From positions 2,222,385 to 2,286,384 of the forward strand of contig NZ_CP067169.1 of NCBI RefSeq assembly GCF_028553885.1: a stretch of 64,000 nt of DNA. The letters run 5' to 3'. Made by a program: the position numbers and the translations under genes. Below, piece by piece: positions 49,719 through 58,833 of the stretch (position 1 is its first letter; the number at the start of each line of letters is the position of its first letter). Below the pieces are notes generated by a model, which was not told where the DNA came from, searched no databases, and saw only the letters and a program-made list of their open reading frames with translations. This stretch comes from Paracoccus aestuarii (GTDB lineage: Bacteria > Pseudomonadota > Alphaproteobacteria > Rhodobacterales > Rhodobacteraceae).

Positions 49719-51899
49719 ATGCGACCATCGCGCCTGACCCGCCAGTTGCTGGCCACGACCCTTCCCGCAGCCCTGATCATCGGCGCGGGGGTGGCGGTCG
49801 CCGACCCGATGCTGGCGCGCAACATGTCCAGCTATGGCCTGCCGGGCGGCGTGGACACCCCCACCGCCGAGACCCTGCCCGATGGCAGCCTGGGCGCGAC
49901 CGTGTCGCTGTCGGAATACGCGCGCCGGGGCAACGTGTTCTTCCAGGCGCTGCCGGGGCTGACCACGGTGCTGCGCTATGGCCGCGTGGACGGGATCCAG
50001 GATTTCCGGCAGGAGGGGTTCATCTCGGACCGCTCGGCCGATCTGCGCTATCAGGTGGTGGACGAGGATGGCTGGCGCCCCGCCGTCGCGGTGGGCCTGC
50101 AGGATTTCCTGGGGACCGGCGTCTATTCGGGCGAATATGTCGTGGCCACGCGCAACGTGACGCCAACTGTCCGCGCCTCGTTGGGCCTCGGCTGGGGCGT
50201 GCTGGCGGGCCGCCCGCGGGTCATCAATTCAGGCGATCAAGGCGGCACGCCCAATGTCGACCAGTGGTTCAGTGGTGGCGCGCGGCCCTTCGGCTCGGTC
50301 AGCTGGCAGGTCAATGACCGGCTGAACCTGGTCGCGGAATATTCCAACGACATTTACCGCGCCCGCTATTCGGACGGGAGCGAATTCCAGCAGGGGTCCG
50401 AACCCTCCAGTCGGCTGAATTTCGGCGCGAACTATCACGTGGGCCGGAATTACGAGGTCGGCGTCTACACGATCGGCGGCGACACGGTGGGCGCGCAACT
50501 GACCATCGCGCTGAACCCGCGCGACGCGGCCTTCCCCTCGGGACTAGAACGCGCGCCCGCCCCGGTGCGGCCCCGCCCCGCCCCCGCCCAGGACCCGGAG
50601 GGCTGGTCCGGCGCCTGGTCCCAGGACCCGACCGCCCAGCCCGCCATCCAGCGCGCGCTGTCCGACGCCATGGCCGCCGAGGGCCAGGTCCTGGAAAGCA
50701 TGGTCCTGACCGCGACCCGGGCCGAGGTGCGGCTGCGCAACCAGCGTTTCATCAACCAGCCGCAGGCCATCGGCCGCACCGCGCGCCTGATGACCCGCGC
50801 CCTGCCCGCATCGGTCGAAACCTTCGTCATCACCTCGACCAGCGACGGGATGCCCACATCCTCGGTCACCCTGCGCCGCAGCGATATCGAGCGGCTGGAG
50901 AACACCGAGGCCGGGCGCATCGCCGCCGCGTCGACCCTGACCGACGCATCCGCCAATGTCGCGGGGCTGGTCCAGACGCCCGACGCCTATCCGCGCTTTC
51001 GCTGGTCGCTGAAACCCTATGTCGAGATCGGCATCTTCGACGCCGAGGACGGGGTCACCCATGAGGCCGGCGCCGAGGCCCGCGCCAGCTACGAGATCAT
51101 GCCCGGCCTGATCGCCACCGGCGCGCTGCGCCAGCGCGCCTTCGGTGATATCGGCCAGCGCGGCCCCGGCATCCCCGGCCAGCGCGGCCAGTATTTCAGC
51201 CCCGAGGAATACGAATCCCGCCCCGAGCTGGAGACCACGCCCGAAGGCGTGCCGCGCGTGCGGTCCGACACGCGGATGTATACGGGCAATTTCAGCCCCG
51301 TCATCCCCGAGGCCACGCTGGCCTGGTATGCCAAGCCCTCGGACGCGGTCTATACCCGGGTGACCGTGGGCCTGCTGGAACGCGCCTATGGCGGCGTCTC
51401 GGCCGAGGCGCTGTGGAAGCCCGCGACATCGCCCCTGGGCTTCGGGGCCGAGATCAACCGCGTGCGCAAGCGCGATTTCGACCAGCTGCTGGATTTCCGC
51501 GACTACGAGGTCACGACCGGCCATGTCTCGGCCTATTACGAATTCCGCCAGGGCTTCACCGCCCAGCTGGATGTGGGCCAGTATCTGGCGGGCGATGTCG
51601 GCGCGACGGTGACGGTGGCGCGCGAATTCGCCAATGGCTGGCGCGTGGGGGCCTATGCCACCAAGACCGACCTCTCGGCCGAGGAATTCGGCGAGGGCAG
51701 CTTTGACAAGGGCGTGACCCTGTCCATCCCGCTTGGCTGGGCCACGGGCCAGCCGTCGCGGGACCGCGTCTCGACCAACATCCGGTCGCTGTCGCGCGAC
51801 GGCGGGTCGCGGGTGAACGTGAACGGGCAGCTCTATGACCGGGTGCGCGGGGCGCATACGGTCGATCTCTATGAAGGCTGGGGGAGGTTCTGGCGATGA
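49719..51899 (+). CDS. YjbH-domain outer-membrane protein (group-4 capsule / exopolysaccharide, GfcD-like)
   Basis: 727 aa, signal peptide, repeated beta-rich YjbH-like segments (SYGLPGGVDTPTAE..., SAYYEF..., VTLSIPLGW). Confidence 0.65.
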   Translation: MRPSRLTRQLLATTLPAALIIGAGVAVADPMLARNMSSYGLPGGVDTPTAETLPDGSLGATVSLSEYARRGNVFFQALPGLTTVLRYGRVDGIQDFRQEGFISDRSADLRYQVVDEDGWRPAVAVGLQDFLGTGVYSGEYVVATRNVTPTVRASLGLGWGVLAGRPRVINSGDQGGTPNVDQWFSGGARPFGSVSWQVNDRLNLVAEYSNDIYRARYSDGSEFQQGSEPSSRLNFGANYHVGRNYEVGVYTIGGDTVGAQLTIALNPRDAAFPSGLERAPAPVRPRPAPAQDPEGWSGAWSQDPTAQPAIQRALSDAMAAEGQVLESMVLTATRAEVRLRNQRFINQPQAIGRTARLMTRALPASVETFVITSTSDGMPTSSVTLRRSDIERLENTEAGRIAAASTLTDASANVAGLVQTPDAYPRFRWSLKPYVEIGIFDAEDGVTHEAGAEARASYEIMPGLIATGALRQRAFGDIGQRGPGIPGQRGQYFSPEEYESRPELETTPEGVPRVRSDTRMYTGNFSPVIPEATLAWYAKPSDAVYTRVTVGLLERAYGGVSAEALWKPATSPLGFGAEINRVRKRDFDQLLDFRDYEVTTGHVSAYYEFRQGFTAQLDVGQYLAGDVGATVTVAREFANGWRVGAYATKTDLSAEEFGEGSFDKGVTLSIPLGWATGQPSRDRVSTNIRSLSRDGGSRVNVNGQLYDRVRGAHTVDLYEGWGRFWR

Positions 51900-52564
51900 C
51901 GGGGGCGTTCGACATGCGCGCGATCAAGACCGTGGCCTGCATGGCCGCGCTGGCCGGGCTGGCCGCCTGCGGGAACAGCAGCGCCGACGAAGGTGGCGGC
52001 GGCCCGCTGGCCATCCTGGCCCAGACCGCGACCCAGGCCGTCACCGCACGGCGCGCGGAGGCCCCGGCCCCCGCCCGCAGCCCCGAGGAGGCCGCCGCCG
52101 AGGCGCTGCGCGTCAATCCCGGCCCGCTGATCCAGGCCGGGTTCGAATCCCTGGGCCGCAACCAGATCATGGCGATGACCGGCCAGAACGGGTCGATGCG
52201 CACCTACATGACCCCCTCGCAGGAGGCGCTGATCCTGCGCGACGGGATGCTGGTGGGCACGCGCGGCCTGGGATCGGACCTGTCGGTGGCCGAGCCGGGG
52301 ACCGAGGCGCTGATCCGCAGCGGTCAGGCGGGCAGCGGCACGCGGGTCATGCGCTATTTCGGCGGCGACGGGCTGGAACGGCCGCTGCAATTCGCCTGCA
52401 CCACCGCGCCCGGTCCCAATCCCGGCGTGATCGTGGAAAGCTGTCAGGGCCATGGCACGAGCTTCCAGAACAACTATCTGGTCCAAGGCGGCCAGATCCC
52501 CGTGTCGCGGCAATGGATCGGCCCGGGCCTGGGCTATGTCACGGTGCAGACGCTGCGGCCCTGA
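51896..52564 (+). CDS. YjbF-family lipoprotein (GfcB-like)
   Basis: Lipobox LAGLAAC; YjbF/GfcB-like length and composition; ATGA overlap with the preceding gene. Confidence 0.55.
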   Translation: MTGAFDMRAIKTVACMAALAGLAACGNSSADEGGGGPLAILAQTATQAVTARRAEAPAPARSPEEAAAEALRVNPGPLIQAGFESLGRNQIMAMTGQNGSMRTYMTPSQEALILRDGMLVGTRGLGSDLSVAEPGTEALIRSGQAGSGTRVMRYFGGDGLERPLQFACTTAPGPNPGVIVESCQGHGTSFQNNYLVQGGQIPVSRQWIGPGLGYVTVQTLRP

Positions 52565-52585
52565 CCGCCCCGCCCCCGGAACGCG

Positions 52586-52617
52586 AAAAACCGGCCCCTT
52601 GCGGGGGCCGGTTTTTT
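52586..52617. terminator. bidirectional rho-independent terminator
   Basis: AAAAACCGGCCCCttgcGGGGCCGGTTTTTT: perfect 8-bp GC stem flanked by an A-tract and a T-tract. Confidence 0.8.
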
Positions 52618-52656
52618 CATGTCCGCCCGGAAGGTCCGATCACGGATCCGGGCATG

Positions 52657-52690
52657 AAAAAAGGGGCTGGCCGGATGGGCCAACCCCCCC
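52657..52690 (-). terminator. rho-independent terminator for the small gene at 52726-52929
   Basis: On the minus strand: GGGGTTGGCC-catcc-GGCCAGCCCC followed by TTTTTT. Confidence 0.65.
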
Positions 52691-52725
52691 TGGATCAGAC
52701 CGCCTTGCGGCGATCCGTTCCGATA

Positions 52726-52929
52726 TCAGCTGTCGTCGCTGTCCGAAGCGACGGCGGCGATGACGCCCAGCAGCAGCAGGGCCGGGACGACCAGGCCAGC
52801 GTTGGTCGATGCGGGACGTTCTTCAACGATCACCGGCTCGACTTCCACGACGGGGGCGACGAAGCCACCGGCCAGAGCCGAGGTCGTGGTCAGGCCGAGG
52901 GCGGCCGCGAAGGTAGCGAATTTGGTCAT
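52726..52929 (-). CDS. small (67 aa) secreted or membrane-anchored protein with a sorting-signal-like C-terminus
   Basis: MTKFATFAAALGLTTTSALA (signal peptide), GGFVAPVVEVEPVIVEERPASTNAG, then LVVPALLLLGVIAAVASDSDDS. GGAG ribosome-binding site 7 nt upstream of the ATG at 52929, its own terminator, and a possible GGAAC-N16-TGTT promoter at 53063-53087. Confidence 0.55.
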   Translation of the reverse strand: MTKFATFAAALGLTTTSALAGGFVAPVVEVEPVIVEERPASTNAGLVVPALLLLGVIAAVASDSDDS

Positions 52930-53062
52930 GATCATGCTCCGTTTCGATTGACGGCTGCCGTTTCCGGCAACATCGGTGCGACAGTTACACAAACCCGAAC
53001 TCTTGAAAAGCTGCATTGATTTGATTCCACCGTGGGTCCGCGGTCACTGTTGCATATTGGCC

Positions 53063-53087
53063 AACACCTGTTTCGGCGCTTCGTTCC
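53063..53087 (-). promoter_or_regulatory. possible ECF/EcfG-like promoter (GGAAC-N16-TGTT) upstream of the small gene
   Basis: On the minus strand: GGAACgaagcgccgaaacaggTGTT, about 150 nt upstream of the start codon; an imperfect match to the EcfG consensus GGAAC-N16,17-CGTT. Confidence 0.3.
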
Positions 53088-53127
53088 AAGCCCCGCGAAG
53101 CCCCGGAAAACCTGTGGCAATTTGGCA

Positions 53128-53910
53128 CTAGGCCCGGCGAAGTCCTTGGGACAGGACGAAAAATATCGCCGCCGCGGTCACAATCGAGGGACCTGCCGGC
53201 GTGTCCAGCCGAAGGCTGGCCCACAGGCCGGACACAACCGACAATCCCGCGATCAGCGTCGCGGCGGCGGCCATCCGCTCGGGCGTGCGCGCCCATCCGC
53301 GCGCGGCCGCCGCCGGCACGATCAGCAGGGCCGATATCAGCAGCGACCCCACCACTCGAATCGCCAGGGCGACGGTGATCGCCAAGGCCAGGGACAGGGC
53401 CAGACGCTCCAGCCGCGGGTCGATGCCCGCGGCCATGGCCAGTTCCTCGTTCAGGCTGCTGGTGACCAGCCGCTGCCAGCGCAGGATCAGCATGGCCAGG
53501 ACCACCGCCGCCCCCGTCCAGATCAGCACCAGGTCCGACCGCCCCACCGCCAGGATGTCGCCGAACAGATAGCTGGTCAGGTCCGACCGCGCCGAGGGCA
53601 CGAAGCTGATCGCCACCAGGCCCACCGCCAGCGCGGAATGCGACAGCACCCCCAGCATCGTGTCCATCGCCTGGCCCCGCGACACCAGGGCCGAGACCAG
53701 GACCGCCATCGCCGTGGCCACCGCCAGCGTGCCCGCATAGATCGAGATGTCGAAGGCCAGCGCCATCGCCACCCCCAGGATCGCCGCATGGGCGGTCGAA
53801 TCCCCGAAATAGGCCATGCGCCGCCACACGACGAAGCTGCCCAAAGGCCCCGCCACCAGCGCCACACCCAGCCCCGCCAGAATGGCGCGGAAGAAGAAAT
53901 CGTCCAGCAT
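53128..53910 (-). CDS. znuB: zinc ABC transporter permease
   Basis: ABC-3 family permease of about 8 TM helices. Confidence 0.85.
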   Translation of the reverse strand: MLDDFFFRAILAGLGVALVAGPLGSFVVWRRMAYFGDSTAHAAILGVAMALAFDISIYAGTLAVATAMAVLVSALVSRGQAMDTMLGVLSHSALAVGLVAISFVPSARSDLTSYLFGDILAVGRSDLVLIWTGAAVVLAMLILRWQRLVTSSLNEELAMAAGIDPRLERLALSLALAITVALAIRVVGSLLISALLIVPAAAARGWARTPERMAAAATLIAGLSVVSGLWASLRLDTPAGPSIVTAAAIFFVLSQGLRRA

Positions 53911-53919
53911 GTGCCTGCC

Positions 53920-54708
53920 TCAATGTGCGGTCGGGGAATGGCCGTGGGTGCAGCCCGGCCCGTGCAGGTGGTCCGCCTCGGGGCCCGCCAGGTCGTGATG
54001 GTGGTCGTGATCGTGCCGATAAAGCGCCAGCGTCCCCTCCGCCCCCGCCCCGAACAGCGCGCGGTATTCGGGCGCGGTGCTGACATGCTGGGGCGTGCCC
54101 TCGCAGCAGACATGCCCGTTCAGGCAGATCACCCGGTCCGAGGACCGCATGACCACCAGCAGGTCGTGGCTGACCATCAGGACCGCGGCGCCGGTCTGGC
54201 GGCGCACATCCTCGATCAGGCGATAGAAGGCGACGATGCCCGGCTGGTCCAGCCCCTGCGTCGGCTCGTCCAGGACCAGCAGATGCGGGTCCGACAGCAG
54301 CGCACGCGCCAGCAGCACGCGCTGGAACTGGCCGCCCGACAGCTGGGTCAGCTGGCGCGCGCCCAGGCCCGGCACCCCGGTCCGCGCCAGCGCCGCCTGC
54401 GCCTGGTCGTCCGGCACCCGACGCGGCAGCGACAGGAACCGCCGCACCGTCATCGGGATCGCCGTGTCCAGCTGGACCCGCTGCGGGACATAGCCGATGC
54501 GCAGCCCCGCCCGCCGGTCCACCCGCCCGCGCGCCAAGGGCACATGCCCCAGCAGCGCCCGGATCAGCGACGACTTGCCCGAGCCGTTCGGCCCGACCAC
54601 GGTCACGATCTCGCCCGGCTGGATGCGGAAATCGACATGGGACAGCACCGGCTCGGAGGTGCCGGGCCGGTGGATGGTCAGGTCCTGCGACCGGATCAGC
54701 GCCGTCAT
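53920..54708 (-). CDS. znuC: zinc ABC transporter ATP-binding protein
   Basis: Walker A GPNGSGKSS, signature LSGGQFQRV, and a C-terminal His-rich tail. Confidence 0.85.
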   Translation of the reverse strand: MTALIRSQDLTIHRPGTSEPVLSHVDFRIQPGEIVTVVGPNGSGKSSLIRALLGHVPLARGRVDRRAGLRIGYVPQRVQLDTAIPMTVRRFLSLPRRVPDDQAQAALARTGVPGLGARQLTQLSGGQFQRVLLARALLSDPHLLVLDEPTQGLDQPGIVAFYRLIEDVRRQTGAAVLMVSHDLLVVMRSSDRVICLNGHVCCEGTPQHVSTAPEYRALFGAGAEGTLALYRHDHDHHHDLAGPEADHLHGPGCTHGHSPTAH

Positions 54709-55217
54709 TCCTGCCCCTCGGCCGCGCAGGTCGCGCAGAGGCCGAGCGCCTCGATCGTCGCGCGTTCGACGCGGAACCCACCTTGGCCCGCCACCGTCTG
54801 CAGGCTGTCGCGCACCGGGGCCGCGGCGGCCTCGGCCACCTTGTCGCAGCTGCGGCAGATCAGGAAGGCCGGCTGGTGGTCATGGCCCGGATGCAGGCAT
54901 GCCGCAAAGGCGTTCAGCCGTTGCAGCCGATGCGCCAGCCCATGCGTCACCAGAAACTCCAGCGCCCGATAGGCGACCGGCGGCTGGCGCCCGAAGCCCT
55001 CGGCCGCCAAGCGGTCCAGCACCTCATAGGCGCCCATGGCGCGGTGGCTCTCCAGCAGGATCTCCAGCGTGCGGCGGCGCACCGGGGTCAGCCGCGCGCC
55101 CTGATCGGCCAGCCGTGCGGCTGCCTCGTCCAGGGCGCGATGGGCGCATTCACGATGGTCATGGGGGGCGAAGGTCGCGGCGATGCGATCGTCAGGCTGC
55201 GTGTCGGGCTGGGTCAC
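54705..55217 (-). CDS. zur: Fur-family zinc uptake regulator
   Basis: Fur-family winged helix plus metal-binding Cys/His motifs (HDHQPAFLICRSCDKV...CATC); GTG start; upstream of znuCB and divergent from znuA. Confidence 0.8.
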   Translation of the reverse strand: MTQPDTQPDDRIAATFAPHDHRECAHRALDEAAARLADQGARLTPVRRRTLEILLESHRAMGAYEVLDRLAAEGFGRQPPVAYRALEFLVTHGLAHRLQRLNAFAACLHPGHDHQPAFLICRSCDKVAEAAAAPVRDSLQTVAGQGGFRVERATIEALGLCATCAAEGQE

Positions 55218-55237
55218 GGCGTTCCTTCACGGCTCGT

Positions 55238-55250
55238 GTTATCATATAAC
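55238..55250. promoter_or_regulatory. candidate Zur box (palindrome GTTATcATATAAC); a second palindrome GTTACcgtGTAAC lies at 55266-55278
   Basis: Perfect hyphenated palindromes in the znuA / zur-znuCB divergent intergenic region, resembling alphaproteobacterial Zur operators. Confidence 0.6.
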
Positions 55251-55330
55251 TTGTCCGGTTGACTTGTTACCGTGTAACACGGACAACCCCGCCATCGCAA
55301 CAAACCCGCACCGACCCGAAGGAGAACCCG

Positions 55331-56386
55331 ATGCGCAGCTCTGCATCCGTCGCCGCCATCCTGACGCTGATGGCCGCCCCCGCCCTTGCCGCCCCGCAGG
55401 TGGTCGCCGACATCGTGCCCACCGGCGCCCTGGTCCAGGACGTGATGGGCGATCTGGGCGAGGTCCGCGTGCTGCTGCCCTCGGGCGCCAGCGCGCATCA
55501 CTACCAGATGCGCCCGTCCGACGCGCAGGCGCTGCAATCGGCGGATCTGGTCGTCTGGACCGGGCCGGAGCTGACCCCCTGGCTGGCCCGCGCCGCCACC
55601 AATCTAGGCCGCGGCGACCAGCTGCGTCTGCTGGAGGTCGAGGGCACCCGTCTGCGCAGCTATGCCGAGGACGGCGATCATGACCATGGGCACGATCAAG
55701 ATCACGGGCATGATCACGGGCATGACCATGGGCATGACCATGGGCACGGGCACGACCGTGACCACGATCACGGGCACGACCACGACCACGACCACGCTCA
55801 TGACCACAGCCTTGACCATGGGCACGACCACGATCACGCGCATGATCATGACCACGATCACACCGGCACCGATCCCCATGCCTGGCTCAGCCCGGCCAAT
55901 GCGGGGCCGTGGCTGCAGGCCATCGCCGCGCAGCTGTCGGAACAGGATCCCGAGAATGCCGAGACCTATCGCGCCAACGCCGATGCCACGGCCGAGCGCA
56001 TCGCCGCGCTGGATGCCGATCTGCGCGAGCGGCTGGCCCCCTTCGCCGACCAGCGCTTCGTCGTCTTCCACGACGCCTATGGCTACTTCACCGACCATTA
56101 CGGCCTCAGCCCCGCGATCCCGGTCTCGCTCGGGGATGCCTCGACTCCCTCGGCCGCTCGGATCGAGGCGATCCGTGCCCAGGTCGTGGATTCCGGCGCC
56201 GTCTGCGCCTTTCCCGAATATGCGCATGACGACACGCTGATCGGCACCGTGGTCGAGGGCAGCGACGTCCGCCTCGGCGGCGAGCTGAGCCCCGAGGGCG
56301 GCGCGCTGGAACCCGGCGCCGGCCAGTACGAGGCCGTGCTGACCGCCATGGCCGACACGCTGATCGACTGCCTGCAGGGCGAATGA
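55331..56386 (+). CDS. znuA: zinc ABC transporter substrate-binding protein with a long His/Asp-rich loop
   Basis: Signal peptide, ZnuA/TroA fold, and a roughly 70-aa (HD)n loop encoded by tandem DNA repeats at about 55680-55870. Confidence 0.85.
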   Translation: MRSSASVAAILTLMAAPALAAPQVVADIVPTGALVQDVMGDLGEVRVLLPSGASAHHYQMRPSDAQALQSADLVVWTGPELTPWLARAATNLGRGDQLRLLEVEGTRLRSYAEDGDHDHGHDQDHGHDHGHDHGHDHGHGHDRDHDHGHDHDHDHAHDHSLDHGHDHDHAHDHDHDHTGTDPHAWLSPANAGPWLQAIAAQLSEQDPENAETYRANADATAERIAALDADLRERLAPFADQRFVVFHDAYGYFTDHYGLSPAIPVSLGDASTPSAARIEAIRAQVVDSGAVCAFPEYAHDDTLIGTVVEGSDVRLGGELSPEGGALEPGAGQYEAVLTAMADTLIDCLQGE

Positions 56387-56486
56387 CGCCCCCCTGAACG
56401 CTTTCCATGACGCCCATCGCGGCGGCCCCCGGCGGGTCGCCGCGACTGCGGGACTCCGCCCGGCGCAGATTCCTGACTAATTTACT

Positions 56487-56512
56487 TTGACAAACCTGAA
56501 TCAATTTGTCAG
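56487..56512. promoter_or_regulatory. inverted repeat TTGACAAA-N10-TTTGTCAg upstream of hemP; candidate iron-responsive operator
   Basis: Seen in the sequence 34 nt upstream of the hemP start; 7 of 8 symmetric positions. Confidence 0.4.
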
Positions 56513-56545
56513 CTTAGGGGCATCATCTTTGCCACCCCAGAGAGG

Positions 56546-56728
56546 TTGACCATGACCGCCACGCGACCCGCCGATTTCACCCGTCCGGGAACCTCGATCC
56601 TGGCCCGCATCCCCCAGCATGACGCGACCCAGCTGACCCGCGGGGGCAACCAGGCGCTGATCGTCCTGGACGAACAAGTCTATCAGCTGCGCATCACCCG
56701 CGCGGGAAAGCTGATCCTGACCAAGTGA
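56546..56728 (+). CDS. hemP: hemin uptake protein HemP family
   Basis: 60 aa ending ...QVYQLRITRAGKLILTK, which matches the HemP C-terminal signature (RLRITRQGKLILTK). Confidence 0.65.
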   Translation: MTMTATRPADFTRPGTSILARIPQHDATQLTRGGNQALIVLDEQVYQLRITRAGKLILTK

Positions 56729-56784
56729 AGACATGACAAGGGCCGGACCTGCGCCAGGTCCGGCCCCATGCTATCCCGACACGA

Positions 56785-58221
56785 TCAGGGACGGCGCGGC
56801 TTGCCGCCCTTCGCGGGCGGCCCGCTGCGGCCCGAACCCTTGCCCCCCGGACCCCTGCCGCCGGGGCCGTTGCCGCCGGGACCGTTGCGCGGCCCGTCCG
56901 GCCGCGGCCCGCGGGCACCATCCGGGCGCGCGCCCTTGGGGCCGTCGCCCCGGGAACCCTTGGGGCCGTCGGGACGCGGTCCCTTGGGCTTGCCCGGCCC
57001 GCCCGCGCCGAAGGACTTGCGCCCGCCCTCGGACCCGCCGGGGCGCGGCTTGCCAAAGGGCTTGCGGGGGCCCTCGGGCGCATCACCCCGCGCGGCGAAG
57101 GGCTTGCGCCCGCCTTCCGGTGCGTCGCCACGGGCGGCAAAGGACTTGCGGCCCCCTTCGGTCCGCGGCTTGCGCGGGCCGTCGCCCTCGCCGCGCGGGG
57201 CGCCGAAGGGCTTGCGGGATTCGCCCGGCTTGCCCGCGAAGCGCGGGCGGTCCCCATCACGCGTCCCCTCACGCGCACCATCACGGGGCCCATCGCCGCG
57301 CGGGGCGAAGCTGCGCGCCGGGCGGTCGCCGTCCTCGCGCGCGGGGCGGGCGCCGTCGCGGCGGCCGAAGGCGCCGCCCTCGCGCCGGGCGAAGGGCGCG
57401 CCGTCGCGTTCGCCCGCCGCGCCGCGGGGGCGCATCGGGCGGGCCTTGTCCTCGACCTCGCCTGTCAGCAGGCCGCCCAGCTGGTCGCGCATGACCTTGC
57501 GCTTGATCTCGACGACCTCGTTCTTGTCCATCCCGGTCAGCTTGAACGGACCATAGCCGATGCGGATCAGCCGGTTCACCTGCAGCCCGACATGGGCCAT
57601 GGCGCGGCGGATCTCGCGGTTCTTGCCCTCGCGGATGCCGACGGTCAGCCAGGCATTCGCGCCCTGCTGGCTGTCCAGCTTGATCTCCATCGGCGCGAAA
57701 TCCTCGCCCTCGATGGTCACGCCGCGGCGCAGCGGGTCGAAGGTCATGTCCGAGGGCGTGCCGTTCACCCGCACCCGATAGCGCCGCAGCCAGCCGGTCG
57801 AGGGCAGCTCCAGCCGCCGCTTCAGCTCGCCGTCATTGGTCAGCAGCAGCAGGCCTTCGGAATTCAGGTCCAGCCGCCCCACGGTCATCACCCGCGGCAG
57901 GTCGCGCGGCAGCGCGTCAAAGACCGTCTGGCGGCCCTTTTCGTCGGATTCCGACGTGATCAGCCCAAGCGGTTTGTAATAGAGCCAGAGCCGCGTCTCC
58001 TGCGGGTCGTCCAGCTTCTTGCCGTCGACCGTGATCCGGTCGCGGGGCGAGACGTCCAGCGCCGGGCTGTCGATCCTGGTGCCGTTCACCGAGACGCGGC
58101 CCTCGATGATCAGGCGTTCGGCCTCGCGCCTGCTGGCCAAGCCCGCCCGGGCGATCACCTTGGCGATCCGGTCCTTGCCTGTATCGGCGGCCCCGTCGGG
58201 GCGTTTCGTGTCATCGGTCAT
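56785..58221 (-). CDS. rluB: 23S rRNA pseudouridine synthase RluB with a long Arg/Gly/Pro-rich repetitive C-terminal tail
   Basis: S4 domain plus RsuA-family catalytic core (MTVGRLDLNSEGLLLLTNDG), then about 230 aa of GPRPDGPKG-type repeats; start set at the ATG at 58221, which has a GGAG ribosome-binding site. Confidence 0.8.
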   Translation of the reverse strand: MTDDTKRPDGAADTGKDRIAKVIARAGLASRREAERLIIEGRVSVNGTRIDSPALDVSPRDRITVDGKKLDDPQETRLWLYYKPLGLITSESDEKGRQTVFDALPRDLPRVMTVGRLDLNSEGLLLLTNDGELKRRLELPSTGWLRRYRVRVNGTPSDMTFDPLRRGVTIEGEDFAPMEIKLDSQQGANAWLTVGIREGKNREIRRAMAHVGLQVNRLIRIGYGPFKLTGMDKNEVVEIKRKVMRDQLGGLLTGEVEDKARPMRPRGAAGERDGAPFARREGGAFGRRDGARPAREDGDRPARSFAPRGDGPRDGAREGTRDGDRPRFAGKPGESRKPFGAPRGEGDGPRKPRTEGGRKSFAARGDAPEGGRKPFAARGDAPEGPRKPFGKPRPGGSEGGRKSFGAGGPGKPKGPRPDGPKGSRGDGPKGARPDGARGPRPDGPRNGPGGNGPGGRGPGGKGSGRSGPPAKGGKPRRP

Positions 58222-58333
58222 GCGCATCTCCTTCGCATCGCTGCGGGGCAAAGACCGAGGCTTACGCCCTTTGCCCCCGTCCGAAAAGCCCCCATTCGCT
58301 TGCAGGCCGGGCGCAGTCGGGCCACAAGACGGC

Positions 58334-58798
58334 ATGACGCGGTTCACATCCTTCATGCAGCAGGCCCTGGCCGAGGCGCGGGCTGCCGCCCTGCGCGGCG
58401 AGGTGCCGGTGGGTGCCGTGGTCGTGGACCCCACGGGCCGGATCGTGGCCGCGGCAGGCAACCGCACGCGCGAGCTGTCGGACCCCACCGCCCATGCCGA
58501 GATCCTGGCCCTGCGCGCGGCCTGCCGGGCGGCGGGGTCCGAACGCCTGCCCGGCCATGACCTGTGGGTGACGCTGGAGCCCTGCCCGATGTGCGCGGGG
58601 GCGATCTCCGCGGCGCGGATCGCGCGGCTCTATTACGGGGCGGGCGATCCGCGCATGGGGGGCGTGGCGCATGGGGCGCGGGTCTTTGCGCATCCCCAGT
58701 GCCATCACCGGCCGCAGGTCTATGACGGGCTGGCCGCGCCCGAGGCCGGGGCGCTGCTGCGCGATTTCTTCGCCCCCCGGCGCCAGAGCGGTGCTTGA
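58334..58798 (+). CDS. tadA: tRNA adenosine(34) deaminase
   Basis: CDA fold with HAEILAL and PCPMCAGA zinc ligands. Confidence 0.85.
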   Translation: MTRFTSFMQQALAEARAAALRGEVPVGAVVVDPTGRIVAAAGNRTRELSDPTAHAEILALRAACRAAGSERLPGHDLWVTLEPCPMCAGAISAARIARLYYGAGDPRMGGVAHGARVFAHPQCHHRPQVYDGLAAPEAGALLRDFFAPRRQSGA

Positions 58799-58833
58799 AC
58801 CCGCCGCGCGGGGGGCCTATAGAGGGTGTCAGC

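Noticed and set aside
53032-54972. 646-aa plus-strand ORF
   Set aside because: Antisense to znuB, znuC and zur; Arg/Gln/His-rich junk translation.
55660-55880. Possible CRISPR-like or array-like repeat
   Set aside because: The periodicity is 6-12 bp codon repeats inside the znuA ORF (His/Asp loop), not 28-37-bp repeats with unique spacers; there are no cas genes. No CRISPR array is present in the window.
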